Assembly (NCBI GenBank): GCA_963752285.1 | Contig: CAVVXN010000005.1 | Span: 96,001-160,000, forward strand | Direction: 5' to 3' | DNA: 64,000 nt | DNA from: an uncultured Planctomycetota bacterium | GTDB lineage: Bacteria > Planctomycetota > PLA2 > JAEUHO01 | Shown here: positions 8,523 to 17,416 of the stretch, one piece after another | Numbering within the stretch: position 1 is the stretch's first letter | How the letters are laid out: each line of letters begins with the position of its first letter | Translations under genes and position numbers: made by a program | Notes under the pieces: model-generated | Seen by the model: the letters and a program-made list of their open reading frames with translations, nothing else | Database searches by the model: none | What the model was told of the DNA's origin: nothing

Positions 8523-10486
8523 GGGCGTGCGGTCCCGGCGGCGGGACGGAGGAGCAGCGACGGGAGGAAGAGCACGTCGGCCAGGAGCGCGACCACCATC
8601 GTGCTCGACGAGAGCACGGCGAACTCACGGCTCGACTCGAGGGACCCCACGATGCAGACGAGGAAGCCGAGCGCCTCGACGAGCGTCGTGACGAGCACGG
8701 CCCGGCCTGCGACGCGAAAGCTCCGGGCGGTGGACACGAGCCGGCTCGAGCCGCGGCGCCGCGCCTCGCGGTAGCGGTAGAGCAGGTGGATCGAGTCGTC
8801 GACCGTGAGGCCGAGGAGAACCGACCCGATCATGGCCGACCCGACGGAGAGCGGGCGCCCGACGAGCGCGAGGCCGCCGTAGAGCACGACGGCGGGGACC
8901 AGGTTCGGGATGAGCCCGAGCAGGCCGAGGCGCGCGGAGCGAAGGCCGATCGCCATCGCGAGCCACAGGAACAGGAGCGTCAACCCCATGCTCCGAAGCT
9001 GCGAGGCGACGAGGTCGTTCGAGTCCTTCGCCTCGATCACCGGCGCGCCGGCGGTCACGGCCCCGGCCCACCCGAGCGCGCGCGCGCGGGTCTCGACCCG
9101 CGAGAACAGTCGCGCGCGGTCTCCCGTACCCGAGGGGCGCAAAAGGACGCGTTGCCGCTCGAGGCCCGAAGGCGAGCGCTCGAGGGGGCCGAGGACCTGC
9201 GCGACCAACGGTTCGTCGGCAAGGGCGCGTCGGAGCTCCCGGTACGCCGTCTCCTCGCCCGCGGGGGCGGCGCCCGGGAGCAGCACGTCGAAGCTCGCGA
9301 CGCCGCCGAGCGAGCGCGCGACGCTCTCCGTCTCGCGACGGAACGGGCTGTGGTCCGGCAGGAGGCGGAGGGGCTCGGTGTCGATCGAGAGGCCGGCCCA
9401 TTCCCAGGCGAAGAACGCGACGAGGAGCGTGCTGCCCGCCACGACGACGCGCGCCCGGCGGTCGAGCCAGATCGCGAGCCCGCCGGCCAGGTGGGCCCCG
9501 GCCGCGTTCGGGAGCCGGAGCCGCGCGATGCTCGACCCGCGCGCGAAGACCCGCAGGAAGGCGGGGAGCCACAAGAGCGTCAGACCGAACGTGAGGACCA
9601 CGCCCAGGCCGGCGAGAAGACCGAACTCGCGTACCGCGGGAATGCTGTTCCACACGAGCGCGAGGAACCCCGCGACGGTGGTGCTGATCGTGAGCGCCGC
9701 GGGCCGTACGAGCTCCCGAACGGCGTTTCGGACCGCGGCGTCCGCGTCGAGGCCCCGTGCGCGGTGCTTCAAGAAGGCCTCGACCAGGTGGACGGACCCC
9801 GCCACGCCCACGGTCAGGAGCACGGGCGGGAGCAGCGAGGAGATCGGGTCGACCTGGAGGGAGAGCAGCCACTGGATGCCTCCGAGCACCAGGATGCCGA
9901 GCAACGCGGACGCCAGGATGCCGACGCCGAGGGCCACGTGGCGGTACGTGACCAGGAGCAGGAGGAACAACGCGCCGAGAAGGATCGGGACGATGTGTCC
10001 CAGCTCGTCGGCCATGGCGCTCGAGATCGCGATCTCGCCGAGAGGCTGACCGGTCGCGTCGAATCGGTAGCCCGGAGGCCGGCGCTTCCACGCGAAGTCG
10101 ACGGTGGCCTGCACGCGGTCGAAGAACCGGCCGCTCTCGTCGTTCTCGATCGTGACGACGAGGTACAGGGCCTTGGGGCTGCTCTGGGGCAGCACGCTCG
10201 CCTGCGCCACCCAGCCGAGCCCGCGGATCTCCTCCGCCCACCTCGGCACGGACGCATCGTGGATCGGATCGAGGAGGCCGCCCGGCAGGGGCTCCAACAT
10301 GAAGAGGAGGGTGCTCTCGGGACCGAACGCCTTCTCCCGGAGCTCCTCCGCCGCCGCCTGGGCGGTGTGCCGGGAGATCATGCTGCGGTTCTCGCGATCG
10401 AGCTGCAGCGACTCGAAGCCGACGCCCGCGACCCCCGCCAGGAGGACGAGGCCCAGCAGCAGCGGGATGTCCACAGCGCGTCGCAC
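8519..10486 (-). CDS. MMPL/RND-family lipid transporter
   Basis: Two hydrophobic TM blocks with MMPL motifs (LTVGVAGSVHL, TISTTVAGFLAL, LGLTVDDSIHLL). GTG start at 10486 inferred from GAGGAG and the upstream sigma-54 promoter. Confidence 0.85.
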   Translation of the reverse strand: MRRAVDIPLLLGLVLLAGVAGVGFESLQLDRENRSMISRHTAQAAAEELREKAFGPESTLLFMLEPLPGGLLDPIHDASVPRWAEEIRGLGWVAQASVLPQSSPKALYLVVTIENDESGRFFDRVQATVDFAWKRRPPGYRFDATGQPLGEIAISSAMADELGHIVPILLGALFLLLLVTYRHVALGVGILASALLGILVLGGIQWLLSLQVDPISSLLPPVLLTVGVAGSVHLVEAFLKHRARGLDADAAVRNAVRELVRPAALTISTTVAGFLALVWNSIPAVREFGLLAGLGVVLTFGLTLLWLPAFLRVFARGSSIARLRLPNAAGAHLAGGLAIWLDRRARVVVAGSTLLVAFFAWEWAGLSIDTEPLRLLPDHSPFRRETESVARSLGGVASFDVLLPGAAPAGEETAYRELRRALADEPLVAQVLGPLERSPSGLERQRVLLRPSGTGDRARLFSRVETRARALGWAGAVTAGAPVIEAKDSNDLVASQLRSMGLTLLFLWLAMAIGLRSARLGLLGLIPNLVPAVVLYGGLALVGRPLSVGSAMIGSVLLGLTVDDSIHLLYRYREARRRGSSRLVSTARSFRVAGRAVLVTTLVEALGFLVCIVGSLESSREFAVLSSSTMVVALLADVLFLPSLLLRPAAGTARP

Positions 10487-10513
10487 GAGGCCGGCGCTCC
10501 TCGCCCCGGGTAC

Positions 10514-10529
10514 CGCAGATGTCGTGCCT
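10514..10529 (-). promoter_or_regulatory. Sigma-54 (-24/-12) promoter of the MMPL-oxidoreductase-kinase-regulator operon
   Basis: Minus strand AGGCACGACATCTGCG = GG-N10-GC with GGCAC and TGC, about 30 nt upstream of the MMPL start. Confidence 0.65.
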
Positions 10530-10601
10530 CGTGACGACGCGGGGGTCGCGGCGTCGAACGGCCGTCCCCGCGGGCCTCGCCCGGCGCGTTCGGCCGCGAA
10601 G

Positions 10602-10629
10602 TACAAGAAGGCTTGAAAGTCCTACAAGG
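10602..10629. promoter_or_regulatory. Candidate enhancer (UAS) for the NtrC-type activator
   Basis: AT-rich imperfect palindrome TACAAG-aagg-CTTGAAAG followed by CCTACAAGG, between two divergent sigma-54 promoters. The same words recur at 15037..15055. Confidence 0.55.
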
Positions 10630-10716
10630 GACGCGCGCCGCCGTCCCCGGGCGTGCGGATCGACGCTACGGCCATTCTCCGGACTCTGGGCGCCCCGCGC
10701 GGGGCGCCCCGCCGCG

Positions 10717-10732
10717 TGGCCCGAGCCTTGCA
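10717..10732 (+). promoter_or_regulatory. Sigma-54 (-24/-12) promoter of the YceI-lipoprotein-type III PKS operon
   Basis: TGGCCCGAGCCTTGCA = TGGC...TTGCA with exact GG-N10-GC spacing. The ATG follows at 10745. Confidence 0.75.
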
Positions 10733-10744
10733 CTCGGCCGCGCC

Positions 10745-12043
10745 ATGAACCGGAGAATCCTCACCATCGTCGGCGCCCTGTCCCTGCTGGTCTGGACCGT
10801 GGGCGGTCTGGTCGCCTGGGGGCTCACGAAGGAGGGCGTCAGCGTGACCGTGCGCGAGGGGAGCGCCCGCGACGCGGCGGACGACGGCCTTCACCTCCTC
10901 GAGGACCGCGTGGGCGCGCTCGAGAACGACCTGCGCGCGCTGGCCTCGACGCTCGAGACGAACTTCTCGGTCCTGCAGGCCAACGAGAAGCAGGACCTGG
11001 GCGCCCGCGCCGCCGAGATCGAGGCGCACGTGGAGGCGAGGCTCGGACAGAGCGTCGCCGCCCTCCAGACGTCCCTCGGCGCGGACCGCCAGGAGCGACG
11101 GGAGCAGGTCGAGGCGGCGACGGCGCGCGCCGACGAGACCGCGTCGCGCCTGCTGGCGGCGCTCCACGAGGTCGAGGCCGCCCGACGGCGGGAGACGCCT
11201 TCCGTCGTGGCGACCGCCGCGCGCGAGGCGCCCCGCGCGGACGCTCCGGCCCCCTCGGCGACCCAAGAGGCGCCGGTCGTCGCGGCTTCCCCGCCCCCTG
11301 CGGCCCTTCCGCCGCGCCCCGCCGCGACGCCGGCACCTCTTCCGCCGCCCGCCGTGGCGCCGGTCGCGGGCGCACCGGGGCCCGCGTCGCCGCCGGCCCT
11401 CGCCGCGGCGCGGTCCGCGCGGGCGCCGACGCCCGCGGCGACGCCCGCGGCGCCGGAGCCGCCTGCGCACGGCTTCCTCTCGTTCCAGCTCCCGAGCGAC
11501 GCGGTCCGGTTCGACCGGCGGCAGCGCTTCACGGTCGTCCCCTCCCTCTCGCGCGTCGGGTTCGACGGGAGCAGCACGCTGCACGGATTCACCGGCGTGA
11601 CCTCGACGCTGACCGGAACGGTGGAGGTGGACCTTTCGCACGCCGACCGCGACCCGCGGGCCGAGATCCACGTAGACGCCGCCACGCTCGACACGGGCGA
11701 GGCCTCGCGCGACGCGGAGATGCGCACGTCGCTCGGCACGGCCCAGCAGCCCGAGATGACCTTCCGTCTGCTCTCGTTCAGGCCCGAGCGCGTGGACGCC
11801 CGCGCGGAGCGGGTCGTCGGCGTCACCCACGGCCAGATGACGATCCACGGCGTGACCCGGGAGGTGGACATGCCGACCTCCCTCAGCCTCGACGCCTCGC
11901 GGCGCCTGCACGTGGACGGCGAGATGCCCCTCGACATGACGGCCTACGGCGTGACGCCGCCCAGCAAGCTCGGCGTGATCAACGTGGACCGCATGGTCAA
12001 GGTATGGATCCGCCTCCGGGCCCGGATCCAGGCGGGGTCGTAG
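10745..12043 (+). CDS. YceI-family (lipid/polyisoprenoid-binding) protein with N-terminal TM anchor, coiled coil and Pro/Ala linker
   Basis: C-terminal SRVGFDGSSTLHGFTG, VDAATLDTGEASRDAEMR, GQMTIHGVTREV and LDMTAYGVTPP are YceI hallmarks. Confidence 0.85.
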   Translation: MNRRILTIVGALSLLVWTVGGLVAWGLTKEGVSVTVREGSARDAADDGLHLLEDRVGALENDLRALASTLETNFSVLQANEKQDLGARAAEIEAHVEARLGQSVAALQTSLGADRQERREQVEAATARADETASRLLAALHEVEAARRRETPSVVATAAREAPRADAPAPSATQEAPVVAASPPPAALPPRPAATPAPLPPPAVAPVAGAPGPASPPALAAARSARAPTPAATPAAPEPPAHGFLSFQLPSDAVRFDRRQRFTVVPSLSRVGFDGSSTLHGFTGVTSTLTGTVEVDLSHADRDPRAEIHVDAATLDTGEASRDAEMRTSLGTAQQPEMTFRLLSFRPERVDARAERVVGVTHGQMTIHGVTREVDMPTSLSLDASRRLHVDGEMPLDMTAYGVTPPSKLGVINVDRMVKVWIRLRARIQAGS

Positions 12044-12045
12044 CG

Positions 12046-12507
12046 ATGCTCCGTGCCGTGTCCGTGACCCGTGGGCCTCGGCGTCGCGGATTCGCCGGCG
12101 TGCTGGTGCTCGCCCTCTCGTCGGCGCTCTTTGCCTGCGCATCCGCCTCGCCCCTCGCGCCCGCGGCGCGCGCGGTCGAGACGACCGCCGCCAACGTGCG
12201 CTGGCAGCCGGCCCACGCGACGAGCATTCCCGGTACCTACCGGTCGGAGACGATCGAGGGCGCGGCGGCGCCCTCGGTGATCGGGCTCTACTACCACTTC
12301 GAAGCCGACCGCTCGTACGCCGCCGCAGCCCTCCTGGCTTCGCATCCCCCGGCCTTCCAGGTCCGAAACGGCACGTGGAGCCTCGACCAGGGCAAGCTGT
12401 CGCTCGGGGACGGCTCGGAGCCGGCCGTGATCGAGGAGGCGGAGGGGCGCCTGCGTCTCACGACGAGCCAGGGCCGCGTCGTGCTCCATCGCGACGAGAT
12501 CCGCTGA
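12046..12507 (+). CDS. Hypothetical lipoprotein (small beta-rich, possibly lipocalin-like)
   Basis: Basic N-terminus, hydrophobic core, lipobox LFAC; IPGTYRSETIEG and GTWSLDQGKLSL. The stop overlaps the PKS start (TGATG). Confidence 0.7.
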   Translation: MLRAVSVTRGPRRRGFAGVLVLALSSALFACASASPLAPAARAVETTAANVRWQPAHATSIPGTYRSETIEGAAAPSVIGLYYHFEADRSYAAAALLASHPPAFQVRNGTWSLDQGKLSLGDGSEPAVIEEAEGRLRLTTSQGRVVLHRDEIR

Positions 12508-13568
12508 TGCGCATCGCCGCGGTGGGGACGGCGCTGCCGTCGAACGCCTACTCCCAGGAGGAGATCTTCGGCGCGCTCTCGGCCATCTGGCATCGGAGCG
12601 CGACGTTCAACTCGCGCGCGCGATCGCTCTTCGAGAACGTGCGCGTGCGTCGGCGTCACCTGGCGAGACCGCTCGAGTCGTACCTGCGGCGCTCCCGGTT
12701 CGGCGACACGAACGACCGCTGGATCGAGGACTCCCTGGACCTCGGCGAGCGGGCCATCTCGGACGCGCTGACCCGCGCCGGGCTGGGTCCGAAGGACGTG
12801 GACGCGCTGTTCGTCACCTCGGTCACCGGCATCTGCTCGCCGTCCCTGGACGCGCGCCTGTTCAACCGCATGGGGCTCCGGCCCGACCTGAAGCGGCTGC
12901 CTCTGTTCGGCCTGGGCTGCGTGGCCGGCGTGTCGGGTCTCGCGCGGGCCGCGGAGTACGTACGTGCGTTCCCCGACCAGGTCGCGGTCCTCCTCTCTGT
13001 CGAGCTCTGCTCCCTGACCTTCCAGTACGAGGACCTCTCCGTCGCCAACCTCATCGCGACGGGGCTCTTCGGGGACGGCGCCGCCGCGGTCGTCGTGGTG
13101 GGCGCGGACCGCGCGCAAACCCTCGCCTGCGAGGGGCCGAGCGTCGTAGACTCGCGCTCCAACATCTACCCCGACACCGAGGACGTCATGGGGTGGCACG
13201 TGAGCGAGCAGGGCTTCGAGCTCGTTCTGAGCGAAGGCGTCCCGCGGATGGCGCGGGAGGGACTCGGCCCCGACGTGGACCGCTTCCTCCGCGAGCGGGG
13301 CCTCGGGCGAAGCGACATCGACCACTGGGTCTGCCACCCGGGCGGTCCGGCCGTCCTCGCCGCGGTGCAGGAGGCGCTGGGCCTCGGCGACGAGCAGGTC
13401 GAAGCCTCGTGGCACGTGTTGGCGGAGCAGGGGAACCTCTCGTCCGTGTCCGTCCTCATGGTGCTGAGGCGCACCCTGGACGCGTGCCGCCCGGTCGCCG
13501 GGAGCCGCGGCCTCTTGCTCGCGATGGGGCCCGCCTTCTGCTCCGAGATCGTGCTCGTGAGGTGGTAG
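12507..13568 (+). CDS. Type III polyketide synthase (chalcone-synthase fold; alkylresorcinol/alkylpyrone synthase-like)
   Basis: Catalytic triad motifs FGLGCVAG (Cys), CHPGG (His) and GNLSS (Asn); also VELCSL, LFGDGAAA and AMGPAF. Confidence 0.95.
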   Translation: MRIAAVGTALPSNAYSQEEIFGALSAIWHRSATFNSRARSLFENVRVRRRHLARPLESYLRRSRFGDTNDRWIEDSLDLGERAISDALTRAGLGPKDVDALFVTSVTGICSPSLDARLFNRMGLRPDLKRLPLFGLGCVAGVSGLARAAEYVRAFPDQVAVLLSVELCSLTFQYEDLSVANLIATGLFGDGAAAVVVVGADRAQTLACEGPSVVDSRSNIYPDTEDVMGWHVSEQGFELVLSEGVPRMAREGLGPDVDRFLRERGLGRSDIDHWVCHPGGPAVLAAVQEALGLGDEQVEASWHVLAEQGNLSSVSVLMVLRRTLDACRPVAGSRGLLLAMGPAFCSEIVLVRW

Positions 13569-13589
13569 CGCCGCCCCGAGCCGCGAGGC

Positions 13590-14948
13590 TCACAGCCCCA
13601 TCACGGACCGCGCGATCTTCAGGCCCTCGAGGAAGCCGCCGCCCGAGTGGAACGCCCGCAAGGTCGCCTCGAGGGCGTCCACGAACCGATCCACGTCTTC
13701 CTCGGTCGCCGTGAGCGGGGGGCAGGCCTTGAGCACCATGTGGTTGTTGCCGCTCACCTGGGTGAGAACCCCGTTCTTGAACATCGTCCGGACGAGCATC
13801 TGCCCGAACAGGCCCGGATGGGCCATGCGGAACGTGTGATAGAGCATCTTGAGCTTCAGTGAGCGCGGCGGGCGGAACTCGATCCCGTTCATCAGGCCGA
13901 GACCGCGTACCTCCGCGAGCATCTCGTACGAGGGCGCGAGCGCGCGCACCCTCGCGCGCAGGATCTCGCCCAGCTCGACGGCGCGGTTCGCGAGGCCGTC
14001 GCGCTCGATGATGTCGAGGGTCGTGAGGGCTGCGCGCATCGACAGCGCGTTCTCGCCGAACGTGGAGGAGTTGACGAACGCGCGGTCCAACGAGTGGTGG
14101 ACCGAGTCCTCGATGTCCTCCGTCATGAGCACGGCGCCGACCGGCATCACGCCGCCGCTGAGCGCCTTGGCGAGGATCACCATGTCCGGCTCGATCCCCA
14201 GCTGCGCGGAGGCGAGAAACGTTCCGGTCCGGAAGACGCCCGTCTGGACCTCGTCCACCACGAACAGCGTCCCGTACCGCCGGCAGAGCTCCTGCGCGCG
14301 GACGAGCGTCTCGGGCGGGACCAGCTTGACGCCGCTCTCGCCCTGGATGGGCTCCGTGACGAAGGCCGCGTACGAGCGCGTCGAGAGGTGCTTCTCCAGC
14401 TCCGCGAGGTCGAGGAACGGCACGTCCTGCGTGTCGGGGAGGAACGGCCCGAACCCCGCCGCCCAGTCGGTGTGCTGCATGAGCGACATCGCGCCGCAGC
14501 TGATGCCGTGGAAGGCGCCCTGGCTGTAGAGGATCCCGCTGCGCTTCGTGTGCAGCCGCGCGTACTTGATCGCGGTCTCGACCCCCTCGCTCCCGGTGTT
14601 CGCGAACCAGACGCGCCTCAGTCGGCCGCCGGCGAGGTCCACGAGGCGTTGGGCGAGCCGTCCGGCCAGGCCGGGCACGTGGCTCTGCACGATCACCGGG
14701 CCCCGCCGGTCGAGCTCCTCGTGGAGCGCGCGGAGCACGTCCGGGTGGTTGTGTCCCACGTTGTGGACGCAGTACCCCGACAGGAAGTCGGTGTAGCAGT
14801 CGCCGCCTTCGACCCAGAGCTTCGTTCCCTCGCACCGGGTGTACGACACGTTCATCCCCAGCGAGTCCATGAGTCGGACCCACTGCCGGTTCACGTGCTC
14901 GGCGTAGAGCGCCGTGTCGGACATGGTCTCGGGGGCGCTGGTGGGCAT
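13590..14948 (-). CDS. Class III PLP aminotransferase, HpnO/acetylornithine-aminotransferase-like
   Basis: DFLSGYCVHNVGHNHP, NTGSEGVETAIK, FHG, EPIQGESG, DEVQTGVFRTG, AKALSGG (PLP Lys). The C-terminal GIEFRPPRSLKL...GLFGQML...LTQVSG resembles HpnO as I recall it. Confidence 0.9.
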   Translation of the reverse strand: MPTSAPETMSDTALYAEHVNRQWVRLMDSLGMNVSYTRCEGTKLWVEGGDCYTDFLSGYCVHNVGHNHPDVLRALHEELDRRGPVIVQSHVPGLAGRLAQRLVDLAGGRLRRVWFANTGSEGVETAIKYARLHTKRSGILYSQGAFHGISCGAMSLMQHTDWAAGFGPFLPDTQDVPFLDLAELEKHLSTRSYAAFVTEPIQGESGVKLVPPETLVRAQELCRRYGTLFVVDEVQTGVFRTGTFLASAQLGIEPDMVILAKALSGGVMPVGAVLMTEDIEDSVHHSLDRAFVNSSTFGENALSMRAALTTLDIIERDGLANRAVELGEILRARVRALAPSYEMLAEVRGLGLMNGIEFRPPRSLKLKMLYHTFRMAHPGLFGQMLVRTMFKNGVLTQVSGNNHMVLKACPPLTATEEDVDRFVDALEATLRAFHSGGGFLEGLKIARSVMGL

Positions 14949-14959
14949 GGAGCGGCCCG

Positions 14960-14975
14960 AGCACACGCCATGCCA
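14960..14975 (-). promoter_or_regulatory. Sigma-54 (-24/-12) promoter of the aminotransferase
   Basis: Minus strand TGGCATGGCGTGTGCT = GG-N10-GC, with the -12 C 13 nt before the ATG at 14948. Confidence 0.65.
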
Positions 14976-15036
14976 TCCTCGTCGCCGCCCCGCGGGCGCC
15001 ACGGATCGCCGTCCCTCGGGCCGCGCCGCGGACCTT

Positions 15037-15055
15037 CTTTCAAGATCCTTGTAGG
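15037..15055 (-). promoter_or_regulatory. Second copy of the candidate enhancer motif
   Basis: Minus strand CCTACAAG-gat-CTTGAAAG matches the words at 10602..10629. Confidence 0.55.
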
Positions 15056-15124
15056 AATGACAGCGGGGCGCGACCGTCGGCGATTCGGGGGCGACCGCCC
15101 CCAAACCCCGGCCAGGCGGCGCCC

Positions 15125-17416
15125 TCAGCGGTCGAGGAAGAGGCCGTAGAGCGGGGACCCGGCGGGGTTCTTCTCGTCGAACGCGCCCGTGCCCACCGTC
15201 GTGTCGTCCTTCCGACCCGACGAGTAGACGTCCCGGCCGCCGCCGAGGTCCAGCAGCGCCGAGAACGAGAAGACCTTGTCGGCGTCGTAGTGGTACTCGT
15301 TCCCGCCGCCCTGGCCCTGGGCCGACGCGGCGGCCGCCGCGTAGCGGTCGTCGCCGCCCTGGTCTGCGAGGATGGCGATCGCCTGCATCGCCGCACTGCC
15401 CTGTCCCAGGCCGTCGCAGCGGTAAGCGTCGTTCCCCGCGCGGTCGAGCAGGAGGCCGATCGACTGGTCCCACGTGCCCGCCTGGCTCGCGGCGGTCATC
15501 GACCAGTACGTGTCGCTGCCCTGATCGTCCACGAGGATCCCGATGGCCTCGTGGGCCGCGAAGGCCTGACCGTAGCGGTTGCCGTGGTAGAGGTCGTCGC
15601 CCGAGACGTCGTGGAGGAGGCCGAGGCCGAAGTAGTACCCGCCGGCCTGCGCGAACTCGCCCGCGTCGTAGCGGTCGTTCCCGCCGAGGTCCTCGATCGC
15701 GCCGAGGCCGCCGGCGGCGTAGCCCCGCACGCCGAAGCCGAACGCCTGGCTCATCGCCGCGTACACCGCGGGGGTCCCGTACGCCGAGGGCACGTCGGGC
15801 CCGTCCGCGACGTAGAGGTCGTTGCCGCGGCGGTCCACGATCGCGCCGATGCCGCGCGGTCCGCCCACGCCCTCGACGTAGCGCTCGCCGCGGTACACGT
15901 CGGCCCCGTCCTGGTCGATCAGGAGCCCCACGCCCCAGAACCCCGCGCCGAGGCCCCAGCCGGAGTCCTTGCCCATCGACTCGTACACGTCGTTCCCGCC
16001 GCGGTCGAGAAGCACGCCGACGCCCATGAGCCCCGCCCCGACGCCGAAGGGGGACTCGGTCCGGTACACGTCGTTCCCCGCCCGGTCGTCGAGCCACGAC
16101 AGGCCGAGCACCGTCGTCGCGGGGCCCTCGAAGGCCGCCTTCGCGAGGTGGCGGTCGTTTCCCGCGAGGTCGATCACGACGCGGAGGGCGAAGGGCGGGG
16201 ACGCCCCGTAGTCGTACTCGTCGTCTCCGCCGACGTCGTACACGGCGCCCAGCTTCGACATCTCGTACCGGTTCGGCCCCGGGCCGCCGACGACGGCGAG
16301 GTGGCCGAGCGGGTCCTTCCCGGCCCAGAGCACGTCGCCCTCCACCGCCGCGCGGACGTCGGGAGGCACCTCGGCGAGCGCCGTTGGGTCTGCGTGGGTC
16401 CGGGCCTCGGCCTCCCAGGCCGCCGGCGCGTGGCGCAGCAGGACGAGCGCGAGGGCCATCACCTCCCTCGCGTGGGGGCCGCCGATCCGGTTGATCGTCT
16501 CGACGTGCTGGTCGGCGTGCTCGTCGTAGACGTAGACGTCGTTCGTCAGCGTGCGGAGGAGCGTCTCGAGCGGCGAACGCCAGTCCTTGGCCCAGGTCTC
16601 GAGTCGGGCGCCCGCCTCGCGGACGAGCGCGTCGTCGTCGGGGTTCTCTCCCTCGCCGGCCGGGGGCGAAGGCTGGTCGAGCACCGCGCGAACCAGCGCC
16701 TCCACGTGCGCGGGGTCGCCGTCCTGGACGGCCTGGAGCGGAGGGTCGAGCCCGCGCGCGACCGCGTCGGCGCTGAGCGGCCGCCGGAAGCACTGCACGA
16801 CGGCGGAGAGCGAGTCCGGGTCGAGCGCGTCCTCCTGGACCTTCGCGAGGTAGGGGAGGAGCGCTTCGAGGCCTCCGCCCACGCCTTCCTTCCCGGTCCA
16901 CGCCCCGACGGCCTTCGCGCCCTCGATCAGGGTCTTCTCGAGTTCGCCCTCCGGCGTCGGGGGGACGACACGGCCTCCGAGCCCGCGGCCCACGCGTCCG
17001 GCCCAGCGGTCGCGCGAGCCGAGCGTCGCCTTCACGGTGAAGGGCTCGCCGCCCTCGCCGCCGTGGGGGACCGCGCTCTCGGGATTCGCCTCGCTCGAGC
17101 GACGCAGCACGAGCGTCACCTCGTCGCCCGGCTTCTTGGACCGGACGTAGGCCTTCAGTGCCTCGGCGTCCCGGGGCTCGCCGTCCACCGACACGAGGTT
17201 GTCGTCGCGCCGGACGCCCAAGGTGGACTCGGTGCCGCGTCCTCCCAAGGGCCCCGGCACGATCCACGAGACGACGGGACCGTGCGCGCCGTCGCGCACG
17301 TAGAGCCCGAGGAAGGGCTGCTCCGCCCACGGCCGCGGGTCGTCGTCGGCCGCACGGGCCATGCCGCCCGCGAGCAGAACCCCGAGCCCCACGACACCGA
17401 CGATCGCGCTCTGCAT
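15125..17416 (-). CDS. Secreted PDZ-domain protein with C-terminal DxxG(N/D)DxY glycine-rich repeats
   Basis: Signal peptide ending ARA; PDZ (PFLGLYVRD...GVRRDDNLVSVDG...KPGDEVTLVLRR); about 12 repeats such as DRAGNDVY, DRGGNDVY and DLGGNDRY. TATGCT lies 6 nt before the ATG. Confidence 0.75.
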   Translation of the reverse strand: MQSAIVGVVGLGVLLAGGMARAADDDPRPWAEQPFLGLYVRDGAHGPVVSWIVPGPLGGRGTESTLGVRRDDNLVSVDGEPRDAEALKAYVRSKKPGDEVTLVLRRSSEANPESAVPHGGEGGEPFTVKATLGSRDRWAGRVGRGLGGRVVPPTPEGELEKTLIEGAKAVGAWTGKEGVGGGLEALLPYLAKVQEDALDPDSLSAVVQCFRRPLSADAVARGLDPPLQAVQDGDPAHVEALVRAVLDQPSPPAGEGENPDDDALVREAGARLETWAKDWRSPLETLLRTLTNDVYVYDEHADQHVETINRIGGPHAREVMALALVLLRHAPAAWEAEARTHADPTALAEVPPDVRAAVEGDVLWAGKDPLGHLAVVGGPGPNRYEMSKLGAVYDVGGDDEYDYGASPPFALRVVIDLAGNDRHLAKAAFEGPATTVLGLSWLDDRAGNDVYRTESPFGVGAGLMGVGVLLDRGGNDVYESMGKDSGWGLGAGFWGVGLLIDQDGADVYRGERYVEGVGGPRGIGAIVDRRGNDLYVADGPDVPSAYGTPAVYAAMSQAFGFGVRGYAAGGLGAIEDLGGNDRYDAGEFAQAGGYYFGLGLLHDVSGDDLYHGNRYGQAFAAHEAIGILVDDQGSDTYWSMTAASQAGTWDQSIGLLLDRAGNDAYRCDGLGQGSAAMQAIAILADQGGDDRYAAAAASAQGQGGGNEYHYDADKVFSFSALLDLGGGRDVYSSGRKDDTTVGTGAFDEKNPAGSPLYGLFLDR

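Noticed and set aside
8519..14948. Hopanoid (hpn) biosynthesis cluster, suggested by the MMPL (HpnN-like) and HpnO-like genes
   Set aside because: No squalene-hopene cyclase, hpnC/D/E, hpnG or hpnH is present; the core enzyme here is a type III PKS.
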